Shown here: positions 37,635-49,465 of the stretch, piece after piece
Layout of the letters: each line of letters starts with the position of its first letter
How positions within the stretch are numbered: position 1 is the stretch's first letter
Assembly (NCBI RefSeq): GCF_004010195.1
Contig: NC_057718.1
Coordinates: 24,004,605-24,068,604 of the forward strand
Source: Chiloscyllium plagiosum
Lineage: Eukaryota
Reading direction: 5' to 3'
Length of the DNA: 64,000 bases
Notes under the pieces: model-generated
What the model was told of the DNA's origin: nothing
Databases searched by the model: none
Seen by the model: only the letters and a program-made list of their open reading frames with translations
Position numbers and translations under genes: made by a program

Positions 37635-39460
37635 AAGTTGGGCCTGTACCCTTTGGAGTTTAGCAATGGAAGAGATGACCTTATTAATGCAAAAGATTCT
37701 TGAGGTCTTAATAGGGTAGATACTAAAAGGTTCTTTCCTATTTTGGGAGAGTCTAAGGCCAAAGAACATAATTGCACAATAGTGGTCTTTCAGTTAGGGC
37801 AAAGATGAGAATTTTTTTGAGTGTCATAACTCTCTGCAATCCCTTACTGCAGTGGGCTGTGGAAGTACATTCAAGGTTGAAAAAGATTTTTAATTAGTAA
37901 GGGAATCAAAGTTTATAAGGAGAATGCATTAAAGAGAAGTTCAGGATCAATCCATCAGTCATGAAGTAAGGGATCAGCACACGGGGATTGGGTAGAGGAG
38001 GGTCACTGAAGATTGTGAGAGCATCACAAAGTTGCAGTCAGAGTACTGAGGGGAGCGATTGGAGGTAGGCCTTCCAGGCAGAAGAAGAAGAGCAATACGT
38101 GAGATCAGTTCGAAAGATATGGCAGGCAGTGAATTGGTCAGAGCAGGGCTGACCGTAGGGTGAGTGACAAGAGGAGATGGAGGAAGGTGCTTGACTCGCA
38201 CGGTGGTACTCTCCAGAGAAGTGGGAGAAGTTGCACGAAGTAGTTTCAACTGAAGGCCAGGGATGTTAACTGAAACCATTCCATCTGATCTGTTCATGGA
38301 CCCCCCCACCCCCTCCCCCCGCACCATTTGTTCAAAGGCATTGTAACTATTTGCTTGGTATGTATTCTACAGTTAATTGGTCAATCCAGTGTACCAAATG
38401 AAAGCTTTCAACTTCAATCCCCAGTAAAACATTTAGCAGCTCACAGGTGAGGAGCCAGCGCCAGTGTTTAAAAGAACTAAACAGTCCAAGTTGAACTAAC
38501 AATTAGCTGCTATGGTTACATCATTTGATGGACTAACGAGAAATTGGCGGATTAGGTTCTTGAGAATAGAAGTTTAAAAAAACCTCCGGGACTGATTCAT
38601 TCTGGAATTTGAAAGCGTGACTGGCCTCTAACTTAATTGCTGTAGGAGATGGGTGGGAGATTGGAAGAATTGGTGTTTATTAAAGGAAAGTGCAAGTTGA
38701 TATTTTGGCTGCACCTTTTTTGTTTTTAGTCATTTCCAGTAGATTTGTTTTCCCTGCATGGTGAAGTTTGTCTCAGTAACATTTTCATACCATGCTAATT
38801 ATTGTAAGGAAGTCACTGTAATTGCATTTCAATCCAATCATGGCCCACGTTCTCAATCCTTGTTCATAATTTCACAATACCTTGCTAATCTTGGATAAAA
38901 GGTAAAAATTCTTAAAAAAAAAACTGCAGATGTGCTGCAATTTTAATGTACGTTCCTCAGCAAAATAAACATGTAAAATATAGACTCTGATCTCTTCCTC
39001 CAGATGGCACTGAGTTTGTTTTTAATCTGAAATAGCTGAAGAAAGTGGAATTTGTGAACTGATCTTGCTCATTTCTACTTGTTGATATTCTGAAGTGACG
39101 CCTGTAATATGTCCATCACAGCTTAATGCTTTTGTGGTAGCTCAGCTCAATCAACTGGAAACTTGTCTACTGAGTGTTTTTTCTTTTGGCATTTCCACTT
39201 ATTGGAGGAGTGTGAGAGCTTGAATGTTGATGAACTTGCTGGAAGTACATGACTGCGCCTAGTTGTCTGGGAGTTGCCTTGCCTTCCCTTCCCTTTCTCC
39301 CCCCACCCCCGACTCTTTTTTTCCACTTTTGAATCTTACTTTAAAAGCATTTTTAACTGTTTGAATTTAGAAAGAAAGGGAGCTTGAACAAACTTAGTGA
39401 ATGATTCTAAATGCTGTTGCCAGTTTGTGTTGACTCAGGGTAACTGCTGTCTTGTTACAG

Positions 39461-39522
39461 AGAATCGCGATGCTGTTCTAAGTTTGAAGAGAATACAGAA
39501 AGAGGAACTACGCACTATACAA
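39461..39522 (+). CDS. FMN2: Formin-2 internal coding exon C (probably exon 4); missed by the ORF track
   Basis: Acceptor gtcttgttacag|AG, donor CAA|GTAAGT; 62 nt, phase 1 to 0, continuing exon B in frame: ENRDAVLSLKRIQKEELRTIQ, similar to the FMN1/FMN2 pre-coiled-coil segment (FMN1 EYQAAILHLKREHKEEIENLQ, from memory). Confidence 0.85.
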
Positions 39523-40800
39523 GTAAGTCATGACTGTGAAAAGATTTCTGTTAATCAAGTGTATAATTGGGGATGAGAATAGGTTAGATAATTGACTTAA
39601 CCATGAAAAATCAGAATTGTCGAAGAATATTTGTGCTTTAACCAAATAACAGAAATGTAACCATTTTTAAAGTGGATTAAAAAAAAAACTGATGACAAAA
39701 ACTATATTGGGTGCTCTTGGGTCTCAAAAGTTTAACAACTTAGTCTGAAGTGGTAAATAACCTCCCACTTAACTTTGAAATGTCAAAAGTTAATTGAACT
39801 ATTGACTGAACAACTTTCAAATGTTGCTTCACCTTGACCCAAATTTCATTAGAAGAAAATGAAGGGATAATTTGACTCAAATTTTAAGATTTATTTCTCT
39901 GTCCTTGCCCCTTTCTGCTTCAAGGAGAAATAATATCTGAACAATGAGAGATTAGGGGCGGAGCACTGCTTGGTCTCAAATTAAACTTCCTGTAGCCATG
40001 AGTCACACACGCAACATAATTCCCTTCTAAGCTTTGAAATGTAATAATTAACCAGCTATAAGGAAAGTTTAAACCTGTAATTACTACTTCAACACCAATA
40101 GCACAAAGTAGAATATTGTGGAGCTGACGATGTTACATAATGGAAATAGCCACAATGTTAAATGCAGTAATGTGATCTTTCTTTCTTTGTATGATACTCC
40201 TCAAGTCGGAGAATATTTGTTTGAGTGGTATTATAAGTATGAAGAGAAAAAGGCTTGCATTAATGTTTCACCTTGCAAGACGTCAAGATATTCTAAAGTG
40301 CTTTTTAAACTAGAGAAGTACACTTTAAGTGGAACCATTGATGTAATGTAGAAAGATAACAAACTGGTAGTGGGAAATCTAAGGAAATAGGGAAACTGAA
40401 GATGAGTGTATGGTTAAAGGGAAGGTTTTGAAGTGGAAACAATAGTGTGCAGGTATGCTTCCTGACGCAAGTTCACTTTTTTAAAAAAAAAGTGTGGTTT
40501 GTAAAACAAAGCAGAATAGTGTGACCGTTAAATGAAAATCCAATATGAATGGTGCAGGCCCTGATATTATTTATTTAAATATACATATGGCGAATAGAAA
40601 TGAGTTCAACACAATGAAACACTGGAGCCATTCGAAAATCAGGAGCTTGGAGTTCATTTCCTGAGGGTAAGAGTAGTGTTAACTTTGAGTGTAAATTAAG
40701 GAGATGTATGATATGCTCATGAAATGAAAGAAGATTAAAGGGCTGTTTGAATCAGAGCACATAGCATTAGGTTAGCACTGGGCATCGTTAATAAAAAAAA

Positions 40801-42501
40801 CAAGTATTTTGCATCAGTATTTACTGATATTTACTGGAAAAGGATATTGAAGATATAGAATAAAGGGCAATCGATGGTGATACCTTGCAAAATGTCCATA
40901 TTACAAGAGGAGGAAGTGCTGGATATCTTGAAAAGCATAAAGATGGATAAATCCCCAGGACCTGATCAGGTGTACCCTTGAATTCTGTGGGGAGCTGGAA
41001 GGTGATTGCTAGGCCTCTTGCTGAGATATTTGTGTCATCGATAGTCACAGGTGAGGTGCCGGAAGACTGGAGGTTAGCTAATGTGGTGCCACTGTTTAAG
41101 AAGGGTGGTCAGGACGAGCCAGGGAACTATAGACCAGTGAGCCTGATGTCTGCGGTGGGCAATTTGTTGGAGGGAATCCTGAGGGACAGGATGTACATGT
41201 ATTTGGAAAGGCAAGGACTGATTCGGGATAGTCAACATGGCTTTGTGCGTGAGAAATCATGTCTCACAAACTTGATTGAGTTTTTTGAAGAAGTAACAAA
41301 GAGGATTGATGAGGGCAGAGCGGTAGATGTGATCTATATGGACTTCAGTAAGGCATTTAACAAGGTTCCCCATGGGAGACTGGTTAGCAAGGTTAGATCT
41401 CATGGAATACAGGGAGAACTAGCCATTTGGATACAGAACTGGTTCAAAGGTAGAAGACAGTGCGGTGGTGGAGGGTTGTTTTTCAGACTGGAGGCCTGTG
41501 ACCAGTGGAGTGCCACAGGGATCGGTGCTGGGTCCTTTACTTTTTGTCATTTATATAAATGATTTGGATGCGAGTATAAGAGATATGGTTAGTAAGTTTG
41601 CAGATGACACCAAAATTGGAGGTGCAGTGGACAGCAAAGAAGGTTACCTCCAATTACAACAGAGTCTTGGTCAGATGGGCCAATGGGCTGAGAAGTGGCA
41701 GATGGAGTTTAATTCCGATAAATGCGAGGTGCTGCATTTTGGGAAAGCAAATCTTATCAGGACCGATACTCTTAATGGTAAGGTCCTAGGGAGTGTTGTT
41801 GAACAAAGAGACCTTGGAGTACAGGTTCATAGCGCCTTGAAAGTAGAGTCACATGTAGATAGGATAGTGAAGAAGGCGTTTTGGTATGCTTTCCTTCATT
41901 GGTCAGAGTATTGAGTACAGGAGTTGGGAGGTCATGTTGCAGCTGTGCAGGACATTGGTTAGGCCACTGTTGGAATATTGCGTGTAATTCTGGTCTTCCT
42001 GTCGGAAAGACATTGTGAAACCTGAAAGGATTCAGAAAAGACTTATAAGGATGTTGCCAGGGTTGGAGGATCTGAGCTATAGGGAGAGGCTGAACAGGCT
42101 GGGGCTGTTTTCCCTGGAGTGTCGGAGGTTGAGGGGTGACCTTATAGAGGTTTACAAAACTATGAGGGGCATGGATAGGATAAATGGATAAAGTCTTTTC
42201 CCTGGGGTCGGGGAGTCCAGAACTAGAGGGCATAGATTTAGGGTGAGAGGGGAAAGATATAAAAGAGTCCTCAGGGGCAATGTTTTCATGCAGAGGGTGG
42301 TATGTGTATGGAATGAACAGCCAAAGGAAGTGGTAAAATTGCAACATTTAAAAGGCATCTCAATGAGTATATGAATAGGAAGGGTTTGGAGGGATATGGG
42401 CTGGGTGCGGCAGTTGGGACGAGATTATTTTGGGATATCTGGTCAGCATTGATGAGTTGGACTGAAGGGTCTGTTTCCATGATTTACATCTTTATAACTC
42501 T
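40801..42501 (+). mobile_element. Young CR1-clade LINE, 5'-truncated (RT to 3' end)
   Basis: PGNYRPVSL, QHGFVREKSCLTNL, DFSKAF, VPQGSVLGP, FADDTK in shifting frames, followed by the 3' tail. Confidence 0.92.
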
Positions 42502-43644
42502 AAGTAGGTTTCTTCCCTGAAAGTGCATATCTGAAACAATGGACATTGTTTCAGACCGAAAATAGGCAAGACTTTGAGTGCTTGCAATTGTTCTTGTTTT
42601 ATTCTGTGCAGAGTATTTTTGTGTAACCAGGAAAATATCTATCAATACTTGAAAAACGAAAGCTTGGACAGTGTGTCTCATTCAAGATTCAAGTTTTTGT
42701 ATGTGAATCAGAAGTGGACGAGTGTAAAGGGGACTGGGGGTGGGTTGAAAACTCTTTTAAAGTAGCTCCCAAAATGCTCAGTTCTGAAAGTGTTAATCAT
42801 CATTTTAACTAGTGACAGAAAACTCAATCCGCTGAATGTCTTCCCATACCACAGCATGTTGTATGGTCAACTCAGTAATTAGTGTTTGAAGAATCCAAAT
42901 CTTTTCTCTTTGTAAAAATATTAAACACTTAAAAATATTTTTAATCATGTACTCAGTTGTAAATAAGTCTGTCCTTTGTTATAGATTCAAAATCAGCGGA
43001 AATACTCTTTTACTCTTTTTACACTCCAAACCATTTGTAATTTTGAAAACTTCTGGATCTTTCTGTGCGAAGAGAAATAAGCCCCACATTTTGCAGCTTT
43101 CCTTTTACTCCAATCTAATTACTGGTTTCAAACTAATTGTTGTATTCTCCTTCTACCTGTATATAGACTTCAGCTTATTGCACTAAAGATTTTGGTACAA
43201 AATCATGAGGGTAGTAGTATTTAGGAGGGTAGTAGTATTCAGTTTGTAAGATGAGAATCAAAAGTGGCATCTTGCAGTCTAAATTCCCTTTGAAATGCAT
43301 TGAATGATGTGAAGTTCCTGTACTTAGATTGTAGGTAACCTTTGATGTTTTAATGCAAGTACCCTTTTAATGCTCGGATATTCTATTTATTTATTGACGG
43401 TCAACCTTCTGAGCCTGAGAAATAACTTTGACCGTTCTAGAACTTCATTCATTCAGATTTCAATTTTTGAGGTTTTCTAAAAAAGGAAAAAAACAAGTTC
43501 ATGTTTCTACTTTTTCCCTGATTTTGACATTGAATTCTGTATTGAAACAGAAGTTTCCATGTTTGGATCTTGCACGACTCATTTCAGAATGGGTATGGTG
43601 ATTAAAAGCCATCAAGTTACAGTTTGCTTGCCCTGATTATTCTA

Positions 43645-45160
43645 TAAGAAATAAGAATAGAAGGCCATTTGGCCCTTCAAGGCAGCTCTGCCATTCAGTA
43701 GGATTGTGGCTGATCTGACACACACTCATCATATCCACATTCCTACCTTTACCCTGTAACCCTTGATTCCCCTACTGATCTTGAATATATCTATGGGGAC
43801 TCTGGCCCCATAGCCCTCTTGGCAAGAAGCTCCAAAGACAATCACTTCTCAAAGGACAAAATTCCTCCTCATCTCTGTCTTAAACTGCTGTCCTTTATTG
43901 TGAGATTTTGCCCACTGATTTCAGACTCTACCATGAGAGGGCAATGTCCTTTTCAGCATTTACCCTATCCAAGCCTCTTATACAATTCAATGTGTCTTGG
44001 TGCGATCACTTCTCATTCTTCTTAAATTCCAATGAGTTGAGTCCTCATCTGCTTGACCTTTTGCTCCTAAGGCAATCTCTCCGTACCAGGGATCATATTA
44101 GTGACCCTTTTTTGATCATCTTCCGATGAAGTTTTCTTGCCTTAAATAAGGGGAGCCAAAACTGCTCTCACTACTCCAGATGTGGTTTCAGCAGCACTTT
44201 GTACAGTTGCATAAGACATCCTTACTCCATTCCCCTTGAACTCAGCGTCAACATTCCATTAGCCTTCATGTTGACCTGTTTTTTGTATTTGTGTACAAAT
44301 ACCCTTAATTCCTCTTGTGTTGCAACTTTCTGCAGTTTTTCTCCATTTAAATAATACTGTTCTTTTGTTTTCCCTTCCAAATTGAACAACTCCACAGTTT
44401 TTCCACCCACATTTATACTCCCTTTGTTAACCTTTTGCCCACTTAACCTTTGATATCTCGAGGTAAACTGTTTGTTTATATCCCTCTCATAATTTGCCTT
44501 TCCATTTATTTTAGTGTTGATTGCAAATTTGGATACAGTACATTCTCATCCCTCCTCCAAGTCATTGTATATATTTTAAATAGCTCTGATCACAACACTT
44601 ATCCCTGTGGAACCCCACTGGATATATGTTGTCAGCCTAAAAAGAAAACCCTTATCCCCACTCGCTGTTTAATGCCCATCAGCCAGTTTGCTATCCATGC
44701 CAACGTACCACCTCTAACCTTTTGTGAAATACCTTTTCAAATGCAAACTGAAAGTCCATTTTCTGGTTCACCTCCCTCCCTTCCAGCTGAGACTTCTGCA
44801 GTAAAAAATGACTAGATTAGTCTGACACTATTTCCCTTAATGCCATGCTTAATCTGCTTGGTGGAATTGATTTCTTTTTCTCTAAATGTTCTGCTATTAC
44901 TTCCTTAATTGATTCCAATATTTTCTAACAATAGATGTTAGGCTAACCAGCCTATAGTTTGCTGCTTTTTGCCTCTCTCCCTTTTCCTTTGAATACAAGT
45001 GTTCCATTTTAGTTTCCCAAACCTTTAGTATTTCTCCAGAATCCAAGAATTTTTGGACAATTTCAACCAATGCATCCTATATCTCTGCAGTTACCTCCTT
45101 TTTAGGATCCAAGGATACAAGCCACCAGGGCCAGGGACTTATCTGCCTTTTGCCCCACTT
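43645..45160 (-). mobile_element. Older CR1/L2-type LINE, RT and 3' end
   Basis: ataagaaataagaatagaaggccatttggccc tail; decayed RT motifs (ccctgtggaaccccact; accagcctatagttt). Confidence 0.7.
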
Positions 45161-45174
45161 GTTTAAAAATTAAT

Positions 45175-47440
45175 TTTGTGGAACGTGGGCATCTCTGGCT
45201 GCTCAGCATTTATTGCCTGTGCCTAGTTGCCCTTGAGAAGGTGATGATGGTCAGCTTCTTTCTCACCTGTTGCAGCTTGATCCATAATGCCATTAGGGAG
45301 GGAATTCCAGGATTTTGACCCAATGACCGTGAAAGAAGGGCAATATATTTCCAAGTCAGAATGGTAAGTGGTTTGGAGGGGAGCTTGCAGGTGGTGGTGT
45401 TCCCATGTATCTGTTGTCCTTGTTTTTCATGGGGAAGTGGTCATGGGCTTGGAAGGTGCTGTCTATGGATCATTGGTCAATTTCTACAGTGCATCTTGCA
45501 GCACTACTGCTATGTGAGCATTTGTATTGGAGGTTGTGGATGTGGTACCAATCAAGTGGGCTGCTTTGTTCTGGATGGTGTCCGGCTTCTTGAGTGTTAT
45601 TGGAGCTGCACCCATCCAAGCAAGTGGGAAATATTCTGTCACACTCCTGACGTGTGCCTTGTGGATAGTGGACAGGCTTTAGGGAGATAGGAGGTGAATT
45701 ATTTGCTGCAGGATTCCTAGGCTCTGCCCTGTTCTTGTAGCCAGTTTATTTATATGGCAAATCTAGCTGAGTTTCTGGTTAATGGTAACCCATTGTTGAT
45801 AGTGGGGAATTCACTGATGGTAACACCACTGAATGTCACCAGGTGGTGGTTAGATTGTCAGTCTGTCTCTCTTGATGGTCTTTGCCCAGCATTTATATGG
45901 CGTCAGCCCAATCTTGGATGTTATCTCGTTTTTGCATTTGAAAGTTGGCTGCTTCAGGATCTCAGGAGGCACAAATGGTGCTGAATATCATGCAGTCATC
46001 AGCACACCTCCCCATTTCTGACCTTATGATGGAGGGAAGCAGCTATGGATGGTTGAACCTAGGACACTACCCTGAGGAACTTTACTGAGATGACTGACCT
46101 CCAGCAACCACAACCATCTTCCTGTATGCCAATGTGACTCCAACCAGTGGAGCGTTTGCCCCCGATACCCATTGGTTCCAGTTTTGCTAGCATTCTTTGA
46201 TGCCATACACGGTTGAATGTAGCCTTCATTCCTAGGACTGTCACATTTCCATTACCCCTGGAATTCAGGTCTTTTGTCCATGTTTGAACTAAAGCTATAA
46301 TTAGGTCAGGAGCAGAGTGGCCCTGGCGGAGCCCAAACTGGGCAAAACTGAGCAGGTGCTGGATGATAGCACTGTTGATGACACCTTCCATTACTTGACA
46401 GTAGACCAATGATGTAGTAATTGGTTGGGCTGGATTTGTCCTTTTTAATGTACAGGATATACTTGAGCAAATATCCACGTTGTCGGGTAGATGCCATGTT
46501 GTAACTGTACTGGAACAGTTTGGCTCGGCGAGAGGCAAGTTCTGGAGCACAGGTCTTCAGTTTGATTGCTGGAATGTTGTAAGGGCCCAAACCTTTGCAG
46601 TATCCAGTGCCTCCAACCATTTCTTGATATCACGTGGACAGAATTGGCTAAAGACTGGTATCTGTGATACTGGGGACCACTGGAGGAGACAGAGATGGAA
46701 CTTGGCACTTCTCACTGAAGATTACAATGAAACCTTCTGTCTTTCTTGCACTGATGTGTCAGGCTCTTCCATCATTGAGAACGGGCATGATGTAGAGTCG
46801 CCACCTCTAATAAGTTGTTTAGTTGTTCACCACCATTCATGACTGGATATGGCAGGACTGAGAGCTTAGGCCTGATCCATGGTTTAGCTGTATAACTTGC
46901 TGCTAATGCTGTTTGGCACGCAACTAGTCCTGTTTGGTAACTTCACCAGGTTGACATCTCATCTTCAGATATGCCTGGTGCTGCTCTTGACATGCCCTCC
47001 TGCACTATCTTGGGTTGATCCCCTGGCTTGATGGTAATGGTCGATAGCGGATATGTTGAACCAAGAGATTGCAGATTTTCCTGGAGTACAATTCAGCTGT
47101 TAGTCCACCGCACCTCATGGATATCCAGTCTGAGTTGCTAGATCTGTTCAAAGTCTGTCCCATTTAGCATGGTGATACTGCCACGTAACACGATGGAGGT
47201 TGTTATCAATGTGAAGGTGGAATTTTTGCCTTCATAAGGACTGTGCGATGGTCACTCTTACTATCATGGACAGATGCATCTGCAACTGGCAGTTTGGTAA
47301 GGATGAGGTCAATTATTTTTTTCTTTGCTCTTGGCTTCCTCATCACCTGATGCAGACCCAGACTCTTAGCTTATGTCCTTTTGCACCCAACTAGCTTGAT
47401 CTGTTGCTGCTGAATCAATCTTCACAGTTGATGTTGACTT
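45175..47440 (-). mobile_element. Older LINE of a distinct family (endonuclease-RT remnants)
   Basis: Minus frames give VPQGSVLG, AQFGLRQGHSAPDLI, LKTCAPELA, KKDKSSPTNYYII. Confidence 0.8.
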
Positions 47441-47604
47441 CCTGACATTTAAAAGTTTTTTAAGTTTCTCCATTTCTTTCAATATTTGACCTACAGAAGG
47501 AAAATCACAATTGCTGGCCACTTCTCCAAGCTCTGGGGTTCAGTTCCCTATGTCTGTCTGCCTCTGTACATTTCTTCTTCTTTTTCAGAAGTTCCTTGAA
47601 ACTT

Positions 47605-48125
47605 AGGACCATAAGAAGGAGCAGAAGTTAGGCCATTCACCTCATTGGGTCTGCTCCTCCATTCAATCATGGCTAATAAGTTTGTCAACCCCATTCTCCT
47701 GATTTCTCCCCCGTAACCCTGTCCCCTTAATATGCAAGACCCTATCTATCTCCATCTTAAATATACTCAATAACCTGGCCTCCCCAGCCTACTGTGGCAG
47801 TGATTTCCATAGATTCACCACTCTCTCTGGCTGATGAGGTTTCTCCTTATCCCTGTATTAATAGGCCTTCCCTTTACTCTAAGGCTGTGCCTTCGGGTCC
47901 TAGTCTCTCCTACCAATGGAAACATCTTGCCAACATCCACTCTGTCCAGGCCATTCAGTATTCTGTTAGTTTCTATTGGATCCCCCATTGATGTAGACCC
48001 AAAGTCCTTGAACATTCCTCATATGTTCATTCCTGGGACCATTCTTGTGAACCACCTCTGAACACGCTCCAGGACCAGTACATGCTTCCTGAAATATGGA
48101 GCCCAAAACTGTGCACAATACTGTA
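47605..48125 (-). mobile_element. LINE 3' fragment; part of it is the donor for the copy at 15359-15746
   Basis: Minus frame GDPIETNRILNGLDRVDVGKMFPLVGETRTRRHSLRVKG; cataagaaggagcagaag tail. Confidence 0.8.
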
Positions 48126-48289
48126 AATGACCAGATCAATTTTTGACCATTTACTTTAATATCTCCTTATCATAGAATCACTCAGTGGTTTACTGCATAG
48201 GAGGCACCCATTCAGTCTGTTGAATGTGCTGGCCCTTATTGAAGCAGCGGTTCACCTGACTGTGTTTAATATTCACTTGTGGGACATGG

Positions 48290-48420
48290 AGGAAGTGAGG
48301 ACTGCAGATGCTGGCGAGTCAAGAGTCGAAGAGTGTGGCGCTGGAAAAGCACAGCAGGTCACGCAGCATCTGAGGAACAGGAGAATTGACGTTTCAGGCA
48401 AGAACCCTTCATCAGGAAAT
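48290..48420 (-). mobile_element. Solo PLE pLTR with hammerhead core
   Basis: Reverse complement of 48384-48418: UUC CUGAUGA A GGGUUCUUGCCU GAAA CGUC AAUU; stem I weakened. Confidence 0.75.
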
Positions 48421-49344
48421 GATGCTTTTCAAGCACCCCACTGTCAACTTGTGGGACCTGGCTGTGGTTAGCTGGGTCAATGTTTTATTGCTCGTCTGTA
48501 GATATTCCTTCTCTGTCTGTGGGGCCTGTAACTCGATTCCTTTTTTCAGGTCATAATTCAATTCTCTCCTAAACGCCTCAGTTGACCCTGTATCCAACAC
48601 TTTATCAGTACATTGCAAATTCTAACCACCTGCTGCATGAAAATGTTGTTCCATTGCTTGGCTTGTGATTGTCTTACCTTTTTTATAGTGCTTCCATGAG
48701 GAGGCTTGGGTCATTTAATTATGTTGAAATTAACATGTAAATGAGGCTAGTAACTTATTGCTGTTCCCAAATTCAAATAGTAATGTGAATATAACTGAAA
48801 AGTTAACTTTGCTGCAAATGGAAAAGCGCTTTTATAACAAATGGATTTGTTGGCTGTACTTTGGAAAAGCCATTGCATTGTTAGTTCTTGTCGTCTTATA
48901 TTTCGTAAATCATTCTGAATTCAGTTTTGTAATTTTATGCTTTCTACCCTCCCCTTCCTGTGTTTTCCTTTTCCTAATCCCTTACCCTGGTTTTTAACAG
49001 CTGTGCAGGATAAACAGTAAGTGGCAGTGAAGTGAAGTAGAAAATTCTAGTAATTATGACGCTGTCATGAAGTGTCAGCTGTGTGAGGAAAAATCCCCTT
49101 GTACAGTAGCGTTGAAGGTTTCAGAAGTGACAGTACATAATGTGCAAAATGCATGACGTGAGGCTTTAAAAAGATATGATTTACACAGTGTAAGGAATCT
49201 TAGTCTGATTTCTTTGCATTTTGGAATTGGGACTAAATTGCATGAGGACAATTGGTAAAGAAATCAGTTCATTAATTTTAAATATATTTTAATGTAGCTA
49301 TCTCACCTTTTGTGTGTGCATTATTACTACATCTTTAAAAATAA

Positions 49345-49465
49345 GAGACTTCACCTGATGAGGGAGCAGTGCTCCAAAAGCTTTCAAATAAACCTGTTGG
49401 ATTCTAACCTGGTGCCATGTGACTTCTGACTTTGACCACCCCAGTCCAACACTGGCACCTCCACA
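49345..49465 (+). mobile_element. Solo PLE pLTR (same family as 33155), hammerhead G12 mutated
   Basis: cacctgatgagggagcagtgctccaaaagct...aataaacctgttgga...ccagtccaacactggcacctcca. Confidence 0.75.

Larger units (their letters stand above)
31800..37950 (+). mobile_element. Old LINE RT/3' region acting as host for nested insertions (pieces ~31800-32114, ~33316-33857, ~37634-37950)
   Basis: Decayed RT motifs continue colinearly across the inserts (catggctttattaaggag; aagtttgcatatgacacaaa; gggcctgtaccctttggagtttag). Confidence 0.7.
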
